A stretch of DNA of 64,000 nucleotides from Octopus sinensis (lineage: Eukaryota): positions 111,104,001 through 111,168,000 of the forward strand of contig NC_042999.1 of the NCBI RefSeq assembly GCF_006345805.1, in the 5' to 3' direction. The notes beneath the pieces were generated by a model that was given only the letters and a program-made list of their open reading frames with translations, was not told the DNA's origin and ran no database searches. Position numbers and translations under genes: made by a program. Numbering within the stretch: position 1 is the stretch's first letter; the number at the start of each line of letters is the position of its first letter. Below are positions 25,458 through 38,658 of the stretch, piece by piece.

Positions 25458-26048
25458 TAGCATGTTTATGATAAAATAATATGAATGTGTTAAAATGTAG
25501 TCTGGAGCAGTTGTTCTCGAACTTATTTTGTTGCAGAATACATATTTTTAAAATATCTTTATTTCCAAAAATTGTGGAATCCACAAGGAAAAACCACCGC
25601 AAACCTAAATGAAACAAATAATATTTTTTTAAAAGAATGTATTTAAAAATAGCAAAATAAAATGACTTATTGTTTTAAAAATAGCGAATACTATTTTATA
25701 TAAAGTATTTCTTTAAAGAATTATTCAAAGACATCTCGTGAAGCCTTAAAATTTATTTTAAGGAACAAACTTGGAGAAACTCTTGTCATGGGTACTTCAG
25801 ACTTGGAGGTCCAAAATTAAGATTTCTTTCCTTATTTTATGACGTTGTTCTTCAGCTGCCTGTGTGTATATGTGCACTACACGCACATATGCGTATTTGT
25901 ATACATTTGTATATGCTTACACACTATATATGCAGATGCATGTGTGCGTGCTCATGTGTATGTGCATTCTTGGCTACGAGTGTGTGCATATTTACAAATG
26001 AATATCGGCGTAAGTGTGTATGGTATATACTGTATAGTTATATAGGCG

Positions 26049-26177
26049 GAGGTATACGTACACCACCAATTTTCGTCGTAACCCTAACCTTAATCCTAAC
26101 ACTAACCTTACACCCTAACCCTAACCTTAACCATAAACCCCAGCTCTGAACACCGGGTGTACATATTCTTTACCTTC
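26049..26177. repeat. Small element with degenerate (CCCTAA)n core and short inverted ends
   Basis: About 9 degenerate CCCTAA hexamers at 26079-26135. Ends TACGTACACC and GGTGTACATA are inverted (9 of 10). Confidence 0.5.
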
Positions 26178-26204
26178 GTCGGTATATGTGTGTAATGGAT
26201 ATGT

Positions 26205-26327
26205 GTATATGTGTATCGTAGCTTGGCATATATGTATATGTGTATCGTAGCTTGGCATATATGTATATGTGTATCGTAGCTTGGCATATATGTATATGTG
26301 TATCGTAGCTTGGCATATATGTATATA
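26205..26327. repeat. 29-bp minisatellite, four perfect copies
   Basis: Unit GTATATGTGTATCGTAGCTTGGCATATAT at 26205, 26234, 26263 and 26292, with no spacers. Confidence 0.95.
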
Positions 26328-27166
26328 AGCCTATAATGTAGTTGTGTTGCAGATTCATACGAGAGTCGAAAAAAGTTTTCAAATCCGGTGGTAAAGTCTC
26401 GGTAAAATACTGTCCCACACAGATTCGGTTTATTTAGTTGACTACACTCTCTCCTCAAAGGTACATGCTCTTGTGCTTATGATAGAAATTAATATTTTCA
26501 TGCTTCAAAAAAAAAAAAAAAGACACGTGGCATACAGTCGCTAAGAGTGTTAGGATGTTTAGGTCGTGGGTTCGATTCTCAGACAGGGCAGTGCGTTGTG
26601 TCTTTAAGGAAGGCTCTTCATTTCAGGATATCTGGAGCAGCTTAGAATATACTGTGTAGCAGACTTGCATCACATTTAATGGATTGGGTGTCTTGTGCTC
26701 TCCTCCTAAACGTCTTGAAAATCGGCTAAGCTTGGCCTCCTAATCCCGTAGAATAAAGCTAAATACAGTTAAAACACAGATCAGTAGGTGTTAGTTTCTG
26801 CATGAAATTCGTAATTTATTTTGATATTTCTTCATTGCTTATGTAAAATTTAAGTTTTCTACGTGGTACTGCATGTAAATAGAACCCTTTTAAGTATTCA
26901 ACTTAGATGTCTATAACATAAATCTGAGGCAGGCAAAATAGAAAAAAAAAGTTGTCACCTCAGAATCTTGTTACATTCGTTTAATTTGTAAACGTTTACA
27001 CTATTTGTCTTACACTGACTCTTAATTCAAATTCCACTGAGGATAACCTCACCTTTCATCTTTTCTGAGTCGATGAATAAAATACTAATCATTCTTCTTC
27101 TTCTTCTTCTTCTTCTTCTGTCAGTCTGTCTAGCTTACCTCTCTACCCCTCTCTTTATCTATTTCT

Positions 27167-27230
<64 letters not shown>

Positions 27231-28150
27231 ATCTAACTCTGAATCAGCATGGTTAGGCATAGGGAACGATAGTAGGGGAAACTATTCGCAATATAATTTG
27301 TATGGAAATGAAGGCTGTTTTGAGCAAAGTGCAAGCATTCCTTTTTCATAGAAACTTTAATATGTTACAGGAACCAGGAACCACCAATATACGAAATAAT
27401 AAGCAGCAGAACACAGAGTAGACAAATAAGAAAAGGTATTGCACCGCATGGAAGAAGAAATGTATTCAAACTGGCAATAAATCTACTGTTGAGTATAATA
27501 ATAATAATAGATGTACTAAACACGGCTGATGATGATGATTCAAATGCCAGTGTTGCAATCCGATATTCCTAATTTATCAATAATTCGTTATTGACTAAAA
27601 GATAATCACTTTTTTCCTTTGATTGTCATCACTCATCAGTCACTTTAGACACAGAGAAAGCAGTTGTAAAGCGCTACGTGTAGGATGTCACGGGTTAATG
27701 ATAACCGGATCTCAATGTTACGGTGTCAGATATAAGGAAGGAAATCCGAGGTAGACAGCTCAAATCTCGAGCTGAAGTTTTTTCCTGTTTCATAAGTTGC
27801 TGTACTTTGCCTGTCGGTGTGTATATGAATGTATGTGTATAAGTATATGTGCAGATGCACAGATGTGCAATTATAAATATATATGTATGTGTATGTATAC
27901 ACACACACACACACACATACATATATATATACACACACATATGCGTGTATACATGTGCATGTGTGTAGGCATATATACGTATATTGCTGGGCATCTGTGT
28001 ACATCTATCTATCTATCTATCTATCTATCTGTCTATCTATCTGTGTATGTGTGCGTGCATGCGTATATATTATAATATTATATATATTATACGCATTCAA
28101 ATGTATGTGCAGATATATGTGTTTGCATGTGTGTGTACAGATATTGCGTG

Positions 28151-28195
<45 letters not shown>

Positions 28196-28286
28196 ATACA
28201 CTCACATAGTTGTGTGCATGTATGTATAAGGGCATCTGTCAGTCTTTCAGTATGGTGTTTGTGTGAATTGGTGTTTGTGGTGTTTG

Positions 28287-28321
<35 letters not shown>

Positions 28322-29098
28322 TGAATGTGTGAGTCAGTACAAGAGTCCTATCACTTCCTGGCCCAGGTTATTTCTGAGAAAGGATGCGGGGAGTGGAGGA
28401 GGTCCAAGAACGATAAAAAAAGAATGACTTTTTTTTTCTTACAAAATTTCATTTATTCAGTTATTTATATTTGTATTTTAATTTCTTTGAATTTTTCTTT
28501 GAATCTTTCTCTCCTTGCATCGAATGTCAGAAAATATGGGAAACAGATATTTCGTTAAAACATATCGCCTGATTTTTTAATTTTTTTCTAACGAGGGGTT
28601 CGAGGTCTTCTTTTCTTTATTTTATTTCAAATAACGTAAAAATTTCTGAAAATTAAAAAAAGTTGGGAATCGATTTGGGAAAACATCACAGAGAAAATGT
28701 TTGCAACAATTTTGAGATATAAGAAATCAAATAAAATGTATTTTCTAATTGTTGTAACCACGGTTTCTTTCAGAAAAATCTCTTTTTATAAAGTTATAAA
28801 TTATCGTTTTAAACTTAATTCATCGACCATTTTAAAACCATGCTCGCCTGCCTATTGGCTGATTTATTCTGTTGCAAGCATTTGAACAAGATTTCCATTT
28901 TGATCAAAACCTCCATATATCTGTGTACTGTTTCCCACTTCTTCTCCTCCTTCATCTCCCAGCATAGTATGTCCTGCAAAGGCCATGACCATTATCCTTT
29001 CATTTCTCACTAAGCCACAAATGAACAAACCTACTGTTTTTTCTCTTTCTTAAACTAATTGTATTTGTAAACGAACTGATGCAGACCTATATTGCATG

Positions 29099-29330
29099 TG
29101 GAGGCGCATGACTTAGTGGTTAAAGTGTTGGACTTATGATCGTAATATTGAGGTTTCGATTCTTGGACCGGGCGATGTGTTGTGCTCTTGAGCAAAGCAC
29201 TTCATTTCACATTCTTCCAGTTCATTCAGCTGGTAAAAAGGAGTAACCCGGCAACTTATCGGCGTCCCATCCAGGAAGGAATATATATGCCAGAGAAACC
29301 GGGAGATCGGCCCTATACTCCTAATGAAAT
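29099..29330 (+). mobile_element. tRNA-derived SINE with Meta-domain-like body
   Basis: A box TGACTTAGTGG, B box GTTTCGATTC, body TGTGCTCTTGAGCAAAGCACTT...GGCGTCCCATCCAGG. Degenerate relatives at about 26524-26640 (+) and 60680-60850 (-). Confidence 0.8.
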
Positions 29331-29788
29331 AATGTGGGCTAACCAATATTTCAGGAAGTAATGCAGACTTCACGTGTTTCCGTAAATTTTGTTTTATCAC
29401 GGGATGACGTTTTATGGTTTGCAAATCAAGTTATCTTTTATAGGGGAGTTAGAATTCTAATGAATTAAGTAATTTGCCAGTCAGCCTGAGTTTCAACCCT
29501 GAGCTACCATACCACAAAAAAAAGCACTCATGGAGCCTAATTTCACATTTACATTAAATACGAACATGTCATCACATATCTATGAAGTGTATAAAAGCGT
29601 ACCTCGTTGAACTGTCATAATATTTATTACCCTTCTTTGGAGATAGAGAGATGAAGAGGAAATAAAGACCCTACTAACAGTGAATTTACAATTTTTAGAC
29701 AATGGTTTATTGGCTCCCTTGATCTCTCTCTCACTATCTTTCTCTCTCACTCTCTCTCAGAAAGAGAAGGGAAAGAGTTGAAAATATT

Positions 29789-30153
29789 TATTTCTTTATT
29801 GCCTACAAGGGGCTAAACATACGTAACTGGTACTTATTTAATCGACCCCGAAAGGATGAAAAGCAAAGTCGACCTCGGCGAAATTTGAACTCAGAACCTA
29901 AAGACAGACGAAATACCTATTTCATTACTATCCACAAGGGGCTAAACACAGAGAGGACAAACAAGGACAGACACACGGATTAAGTCGAATATATCGACCC
30001 CAGTACGTAACTGGTACTTATTTAAACGACCCCGAAAGGATGAAAGGCAAAGTCGATCTCGGCGGAATTTGAACTCAGAACGTAACGGCAGACGAAATAC
30101 CGCTAAGCATTTCACCCGGCATGCTAACGTTTCTGCCAGCTCACCGCCTTAAT
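29789..30153 (-). mobile_element. Dimeric SINE (full monomer plus 5'-truncated second monomer) with TSD
   Basis: Monomers at 29918-30153 and 29789-29917. Flanks GAGTTGAAAATATT 29775-29788 and GAGTTGAAAAATATT 30154-30168. Confidence 0.9.
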
Positions 30154-31734
30154 GAGTTGAAAAATATTGGAGATCTCATTCTTCATGACAAATCATATCT
30201 CTCTAATTTATTACAGTTGAATTGAAAACTGTCATCTCTCTTGTTTTTCTATTTTCTATTAACAAACCCACCAGACTGCCTCTACGCGGCCACTATAACT
30301 GCTAGAAATAACACCTAAATATCTCTTAAATCATACTCCCTACAGTCTTAAACAAGAAAAGCAGCATTAGATAATGTAATCATGAATACGACTAAAATGA
30401 CAGAATTGGTCACAGAGTTATTCTATGACTGGCGGTCAAGAACAAAAACATCTTCATGATAGCGAAACAGTAACTCGCAACCTAGATAGTGCTGTATCTA
30501 CCGTCTTGCTTTAAGAAGATGCACAATATAACGATTTGAAAGATTGGCTACTAATCAATGGGGAAATTTCTGAATACCTATCGACTTTGTTTCACAACTG
30601 GTAGTATTTTATGGATTCTGTAGCGCAAACAACGAACACTATCGACTCAAGGTGAATTTAAACTAAGAACAAATAGGAGTAAAATAGTTTATAGCATTTA
30701 GTCCAGCTTTTAATTCTGACCAGCCTTTGTCATCCAACCACCTTTTGAAGGATATTCACCTTCAACCAAGATAGATTAACAGTTTTCGTTTTAACATAAT
30801 CATAGAGCGTAATATGTTTATGGGTGTGGGTACATGATTTTACTATGTTAAGTATTTTCCCAAGAGGCATTAGTGACTAAACTGAAGCTTAATATCTCTT
30901 CAATCACGGACAGAAACCTAATTATAGACACAATAAGCCTGGGGAGTATTTTTCTTTTTCTCTAAGGATGTTTTGATTTCCCTAGTGCAGTGATTCGGAA
31001 ACTGATAAAAATTAGCCTGACCCAAATATTAGGGCAACGTTTCCTCTTCCTCTCTATTAATGGGAAGACAAAATAGAGCTTACAACCGTTTAATTCTTCT
31101 TTCTTCACCATAGTTTTGGACAAATTTTAAACGTTCAAAACCGTCTTGAGTTTGTTAATTATAATAAATTGTTCGCTCATTCCCAATCCTCACCTCCGCC
31201 ATTTTTATAAAAATTACTACTCTAATGTACGCGTAAGGTCAACTAGACGGCACTTAGAATTCACATCAGCCTAGTAGATTGGCTTAGAATAAATTATCTT
31301 CTACGCAGATTGATAAATATTTCTCACATGGGCACAAGGAGCAAACATTTAGTAGGGAAGCTTGAATCGATGCTAGCAACGTACTTGATTTTTAATCTTT
31401 TTTATTGACATAAAGAGTAGGCATCGCTAAAGGCAAAATCACCTCTTGTAGGAATTAAATTCAACACTGATAAGTGCTGTATGGACATAAGACTAATTGT
31501 ATAGAATACAAATATAATCAAACAGAAAACTCTTGCTGCGTATTTCGGTACTATAAGAAGGGAAAATACAATTTAGATAGAACGAATTGCGAGCTAATGA
31601 CCTCTAAAACGTTTACTTCGCGCTTTGATATTTTAGCTAAATACTAATTAATTAACTAAATACAAATTAATCAAATTTATGGCCAGAGCGAGTATGGATA
31701 TGAAGAGAAAAGAATAATGAAAAACATATAACTA

Positions 31735-32127
31735 CTAGCAGTATCGCCCGGCGTTGCTCGGGTTTGTTTCGACCCTTTAGAATTGGAATTTTTGCAAAGT
31801 AAAACTTTTGCATTATGTAGCTTGTTATTCTCTTTAAGTGAACATTTTTCTGCTTGAAATACATCGAAAAATGGCGACACAGCAGTCAAAAAATCGTAAA
31901 ATATAAGGATTTTCATAGAAAAAATGCACCTTTTTAATGTAAATAATTTTTGGTGGTAACATGGTCCGATTTGAATTTTTTCTTCTACGGAAAGAAAGAG
32001 CAAGCCTTCTTCTATTATACTCTCAATTTTGGTCAACTTGTGCCGCAGAGTCTCGGGGGAGATAGCGTTAGTTGAAGGCTACCAAACTTGCCATACACTG
32101 ACAACTTCAGCTTTATATATATATAGA
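31735..32127 (-). mobile_element. Complete 393-bp non-autonomous Helitron
   Basis: On the minus strand it starts TC after an A and ends CTAG before a T. Subterminal hairpin CCCGAGCAACGCCGGG. No TSD. Confidence 0.85.
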
Positions 32128-32607
32128 TGTTCCTGCTGTAAGTTAAATACTAAGAATTAGATAACAGAAGATTTATTCGATTTACGTTTATTTATACCTC
32201 ATTGTGGGAGACATTACGCAAGCGTTCTCTTTGTGACCCCCGTAAAAGATTGTCAGCGGGCAATAGTAAAAATATTTTCAGTCTCACAAACAAGAATCTT
32301 AGATTCCCCCAAAATCTCTTGCTGCTGGGATGACTTGAGAAATAATTGAAAATTTTGATACAGACACGAAATAACAATAGCTCATAGTATTGAAAGAAAA
32401 AATACAAACACACTTGAATTAAGTAATCTAGAAGTAGCATGGAAGAGAGTAATAATAACGATATAACAGAAGCATGACAATACAGCTTCAGACGACAGCA
32501 GAATTATATGTGTGTGTGCGCGTGCGTGCACGCTTGTACGTGTGTATGTGTGTGTTTGTATGTGTATATGTGTCTGCATATTTACACACACACACGCATA
32601 TATATAT

Positions 32608-32644
<37 letters not shown>

Positions 32645-32747
32645 TATATACATATATATATATATATGCATATATATATATATACATACACACGTTTATA
32701 TGTATGTATATGTGTATATATATATATATACGTGTGTGTGTATGATG

Positions 32748-32781
<34 letters not shown>

Positions 32782-32785
32782 ATAA

Positions 32786-32816
<31 letters not shown>

Positions 32817-33475
32817 TTATATATCTCTGTCAAATGATAGTCTGCTCCAGATAACACTTTGTAGCTAAGCGTTCCATGCTCTGCTTACGTTATGCAAATA
32901 GCAGACGATCTAATCTCAAGTAGTTCGTAAAATATTCAGTACATGCATCTATGACAGATTTGTCCTGGATATTTTAGAAACTCATTCATTTTTTTTTTTT
33001 TTTTACCTTTGATAATTTCGTAGCTTCATGGAACTAATGGGCGATATACATACATATAAACATGCATAGATTGATGATAGAAAATAGAACGAACATGCGG
33101 ATATGTATGTATGTCTATGTATGTAAGCGCATACATACATACATACATATGTACATACATACATGCAGATACATATGCATATACATATACACATATATAT
33201 ATATATAAATATATATATATATTTATCCTCTTAGTTCCATGATGCTAAATAGTTATTAGAGAAAAACGGGAGAACTATATTCATTCATATATATATATTA
33301 ATATATATATGTATGTAGTGTAAGTGTATACACACATACTCACACATACATACACATATATGCATAACAATAGGCAAGCATATGTACGTATCTGTGTATT
33401 TTTTATAAGAGAACAACACCGATGGCCATTTTGAAGCCCATTTTAACGGAAATATATATATATATATATATATAT

Positions 33476-33530
<55 letters not shown>

Positions 33531-33679
33531 TGGGGAGAGGTGTACATTTGAACAACTTCATACAGAGATACGTACTCGCATTTTGCCTTCTTGACAACAA
33601 CTTTACTTCAAAATTTAAAAACCTATCTATTTTTTGCTCTTTGAATCAGATTCGTATCTTTGTCTTGTCCTTTTTGCTC

Positions 33680-33690
33680 TCCGCCACTAC

Positions 33691-33723
<33 letters not shown>

Positions 33724-33930
33724 TGTTGGTGTTGCTGTCTTCATCATCATTACTGTCTTCATCATCGACGTCTTCGTCATTATTATCACCATATTCATCA
33801 CCACCATCATCATCGTCTTCATCACTGTCATCACCATTGTCCTCATCACTATTATCATCGTCGTCGTCGTCGTCGGCGGCGGCGTCGTCATCATTATCAT
33901 CATCACCATCATTCTCATCATCATCACATT
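33680..33930. repeat. (CAT)n/(CGT)n triplet-repeat mosaic
   Basis: Direct reading. It explains the poly-His, poly-Ile, poly-Ser and poly-Met ORFs. Confidence 0.9.
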
Positions 33931-34734
33931 TTCTTCATCTTTTATTTTTTCAGTCTACCTCCACTTTCTTATCTACCTTCATAATTATTTAACTTCCCAT
34001 AACATCCCTTTAACCACTACACTAATTTTTTTTCTCTAACCCGCATCCACCCACCTCGTACACTTTTGCAATCCACTAATGTCGCCATCTTTCCTACCTG
34101 CCTATTTCCCTACCCACTTTCCTTCCCACTTACTTACATACCTTCCTACCTACCTATATAAATACATATAAGCATACATACAAATACATAAAATATATAT
34201 AAAATATGCATACATACATACATACATACATACATACATACATACATACATACATACATACATACATACATACATACATACATACATGCATGCATGCATG
34301 CACATATACATATAGATATAGCTACCCACCTCTTTTCAGCACCAAACCATTCACCTTGCCCGACGATTTCCAACCTAACTAAAAATCATGCTCCCAGCAT
34401 CTATATAGCTAAACATGTCAAATATTAGGGGTTGAAAAAATAAAGATGTGTTATTAAAAATTAGACAAGAAATATCTACATTCCTTCAATAAGAGTAAGT
34501 GCGAAGTGATGAAATGAAACGAGGGAGTATGTTCTCTGCAGGAACTCCCCACTGTCGATCTTTTACTCAGCAATCAGGAAGCGAAGGGGAATGGTCGGCT
34601 CTGTGGAGGCAGTGGGGGGGGTAACAATCAGGTTTTGTTAAAATATATTGTATATACTGCATCTATCTATTAGATAATACATGCACGCGTCTACTCCGAG
34701 AAACACATAGACTCGTACAAAGTGTATTTGCACT

Positions 34735-34779
<45 letters not shown>

Positions 34780-34989
34780 GTGTGTGTGTGTGTGTGTATG
34801 TGTGAGTGATTTGTGTGCTGACGTATGTATTGTATCCTTACACACACACACACATATACATATATATATATATCAATCTATGCGACATATATTCTCTTCT
34901 TTGACATTGACATTTGTAGGTGCAAGTGTTATATCTAGGTGCATGACTGTACTGTTCTTGTTGTTTATTTCGCGGCTGTGTGAAAGGCT

Positions 34990-35467
34990 CTAAACGAAAA
35001 TGGTAAACCAAAATTTCTATGGAATTTTGACATCCAGACATATAACATAATTTACCACCATAGATCATATACAGGAGAAAGGAAAGTGTTTCGGAATAGT
35101 GCAATTCAGACAAAACTTTTCCAGACAAAGAAGTAGATAAGATCACGAAATGTGCTGAATTAAAAGTAGATATATTAAGAATGAGATATCCAGCTGCAAA
35201 GCTGAAAGTCGATACCAATTATCGGTCGATTTATTTCTCCTGGAATGGACATCAAGACGGACATAGGAGCGCTCCCCACATAAGTCAGACATTCTTTGAA
35301 CAGCTCATGTTCTTAGAAAAAATGCTTATATCTAAGTTTTAAGTCCTTGGTCTCTCTTGACCAGAAATGGCCTGAACTCTTTGTATGACCACCCTCCCTG
35401 TCCCTCTACATGGCATTGCTTTTGCTTTTTGAGCCAATAAAAATTGAATTGAATTGAATTGAATTGA
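34990..35467 (+). pseudogene. 3' end of an old RLE-type LINE with (ATTGA)5 tail
   Basis: NENGKPKFLWNFDIQT and DKEVDKITKCAELKVDILRM correspond to ENEKATILWDMPIHT and LKEMEKLSKYKDLEIEVTRM in the 56829 ORF. Then a 3' UTR and ATTGA x5 at 35443-35467. Confidence 0.7.
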
Positions 35468-35532
35468 TTAATGTAACGAAAAAGAAGAAAATCACTGTTT
35501 TCAATACATACTATGCGGCAGAGTAATAATAA

Positions 35533-35606
<74 letters not shown>

Positions 35607-35622
35607 TGATGATGATGATGAA

Positions 35623-35691
<69 letters not shown>

Positions 35692-35721
35692 TAATAATGA
35701 TAATGATGATGATGATGATAA

Positions 35722-35783
<62 letters not shown>

Positions 35784-35790
35784 TAATAAA

Positions 35791-36343
35791 TGCCCTGATG
35801 CAGTACCAGGCAGTGGCTCTCATACTTCTGATCTTAACTGATTGGAAGTGTTATCATGTACATTGTTTTGTCTTGGTATAAAATATGGGCTACAGCAAAT
35901 ATTCTGCTCAATACACAGATTTGCTTGTCAGTTGTTTGACTTTAACCAGTTGAGCATGTCCCTTAGTGGCTGACGATATGTGCATCTCTGATCACGGGCA
36001 GAAGTAATGGGGGAGCATCATAGCCATGTGTTGAGAGGGATTCTTTGGGGTTTGAATAATTCACCTCTGGAAACATGGGTGGTTCTTTCAACATCCTTAA
36101 ACAACCCTTATTCAGGGACCTTTTGAGCGGGATGGGCTACTCAACCTGAAGAAAATTCTAACTGGGCCCCACCTGCAAGGTCATGTGCTGTTTATCTTGA
36201 TATGAGATCACCATGTCGCGCACATATGGTTGTGGTGCATGTGCCTGGTGTACCCTTATCAGACGGGTAGTCATGATGGGTATATTGGGTTTTGTATATT
36301 TTACCCCAGTGTCACTTTGATGGCATGAACTGCTCTCTCACTC
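35791..36343 (+). mobile_element. 553-bp non-coding interspersed element embedded in (TAA)n; orientation inferred from the TAA flanks
   Basis: TAA arrays on both sides (35516-35790 and 36344-36456). Partial copies at 1759-1951 and 62490-62787. No ORF, tRNA head or TIR seen. Confidence 0.85.
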
Positions 36344-36619
36344 TATAATAATATTGATAATAATAATAATAATAATAATAATGATAATAATAATAATAAT
36401 AATAATAATAATATAATAATAATAATAATAATAACAATAATAATAATAATAATAACCCATAAAAAACGTATTGATACAATATCCCCCACAAAAAAATGCA
36501 GCGCCCACCACCCGACCAGCACAAAGGTACAACAAATGATGCAAGAGAAAGTTGCTTGAAACTATCACATGTCAAAAAATAATAGTACCGGCTAAAGAAA
36601 TGTAGTAGCTTACATGGGA

Positions 36620-36790
36620 GGCTGAGAGAATAACTTTAAGATTGACTTAATTGAGGAATAATACCATACTGGATGACTAGAGGGAGGACAATACTCATTA
36701 TGAAAGATAAAAGCAAGGGTAATATAGCTAGCAACTAAAAGCCAATCACTTGCTTCTCATTAGTGTAGAAGCTGTTGACAGGAATTATTT
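36620..36790 (+). pseudogene. R4/Dong-like RT N-terminal fragment
   Basis: WMTRGRTILIMKDKSKGNIASN*KPITCFSLV*KLLTGI is collinear with WLTKGKTILIPK...ENYRPITCLPIMFKAFTAV. Confidence 0.75.
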
Positions 36791-36794
36791 CAGC

Positions 36795-37820
36795 CAACCG
36801 ATTGCAGCGCTGGGGGACGATCCTGTTATATTATGACTTTAAGATGGAATTTCTACCGCCGAAAGAACTGGGACATGCGGATGGGCTGTCAAAATTGATA
36901 CCTATATATAACGAACCATTAGAGTACACAGCAATATTGGCATTAAAAGCTGAAATCGAAATAAAAAATATACTCTGCAACGTAGTACGCGAACTACCTG
37001 TCACTTTAGGGGAAATAAAAATTAAAGCAGAGAATGATGTGTTCATAATAAAAGTGAAAAAAAATAGTGAAGTCAGAAACAAATGTAAAAACTCGTGTAG
37101 CCGAGCGTAACACAGTTTCGAAATGGTATTCGATATATGAAAGGCGGCGAGCTGGCAGAGTCGTTAGCACGCCGGGCGAAATGCTTAGCGTTATTTCGTC
37201 TGCGTTACGTTGTGAGTTCAAATTCCGCCGAGGTCGACTTTACCTTTCATCTTTTCGGGGTCGATAAATTAAGTACCAGTTACGCACTGGGGTCGATGTA
37301 ATCGACTTAATACCTATGTCTGTCCTTGTTTGTCCCCTCTGTGGGTAATAAAGAAATAGAAATAGGTATTCGATATATGATGACGTACACATGTACGCTC
37401 AGAGGTTTGTAATACCTGTTTCTTTGCAAAATCGTATGCTAAAAAAATTCCACATGGGACATCCAGGAATCGCGAGAATGAAAGCACTGATGAGGTGCCA
37501 TGTCTACTGGCCGAATATGGATAAGGATATGAAAAATTGGTGAACGCCTGCAGAGGTTGTGCAAAAGCACCACCTATAAAAAATTCAGCCTTGGCCCGAG
37601 ACTGACATATTTTGGTCCAGATTACACATAGACTTCGGAGGCCCGATAAATGGAGTCTTTCATCTAATAGTTGTGGATAGTTACACGAAATGGCCGGAAA
37701 TACGTAAATGTAAGAAGCTAACCTCCAAAGTAAAAATGAAATTTCTGGACGAACCTTTTTGCGCTATATGGCATCCCAGACACTATAGCGTCCGATAATG
37801 GAATACAGTTATAAGTAACT
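36795..37820 (+). pseudogene. Ty3/Gypsy-type LTR retrotransposon pol remnant (RNase H end plus integrase), interrupted by a SINE
   Basis: RLQRWGTILLYYDFKMEF...GHADGLSKL; HMGHPGIARMKALMRCHVYWPNMDKD; WSRLHIDFGGP...VVDSYTKWPE...YGIPDTIASDNG. Confidence 0.9.
37141..37364 (+). mobile_element. Young tRNA-derived SINE with 16-bp TSD
   Basis: GGTATTCGATATATGA is duplicated at 37125-37140 and 37365-37380. Confidence 0.95.
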
Positions 37821-38400
37821 GGAAGTATTAGAATCTGATAAAGTACTAACTATAGAAATAAAAACAAAAAATTGGGAAAGATTTCATCAGAAGGGTGATG
37901 AAGCTAACGAAGTAGTTTAGAAAGGAGGCGAAGAAGAAGAAGAAGAGAAGAAGAAGAAGAAGAAGAAGAAGAAGAAGGAGGAGAGGAGGAGGAGGAGGAG
38001 GAGGAGGAAAGGGGAGGGGGGGAGGTTCAACGTCTAGACAATAACAAAAGACAGGCAAACAAATATATGCACAATAATAAATGTCGCTAAATACCAATCA
38101 AGAAATTAAACTGATTTAATAGACTATATGTGATCTTGAGTCAATGTTAGAATTCAATAACAACAGAATTTACCCTGAAAATTACTTAAGAGAATTTCAT
38201 AAGCTGTTATTCAGCGTTTGAATGAAAATGCATATTTTTATATCAGTTGTAATTCATGTTTAAAACGTCGGCAGAAAATCACAGGAAAACGTTTGAAATA
38301 CCTTGCCACACGCACGTAAAGTTATATTAATTTTCAATCGAATTTCTAATAGCATTACATATTGTTATCTATGAAACGTTTCATTAGCGATCTTGTTATA

Positions 38401-38431
<31 letters not shown>

Positions 38432-38622
38432 CATACATACATACATACATACATACATACATACATACACACTAGTAATAACGAACGGGAAAACTATGGA
38501 ATAATATAGACACTTGAGTGTAAAATTAAAGAATTTATTTTTGTCCCTAATGAATATCAGCAGCTGAGGTTTCATGAGCTTGTGAAACCTCAAGCGACGT
38601 ATGCGTATGTGTATGCGTGTAT

Positions 38623-38658
<36 letters not shown>

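Noticed and set aside
26079-26135. True telomere or chromosome-fusion site
   Set aside because: The tract is short, degenerate, single-orientation and embedded in a small repeat.
26205-26327. 29-bp repeats as a CRISPR array
   Set aside because: The copies are head-to-tail with no spacers, there are no cas genes, and the context is eukaryotic.
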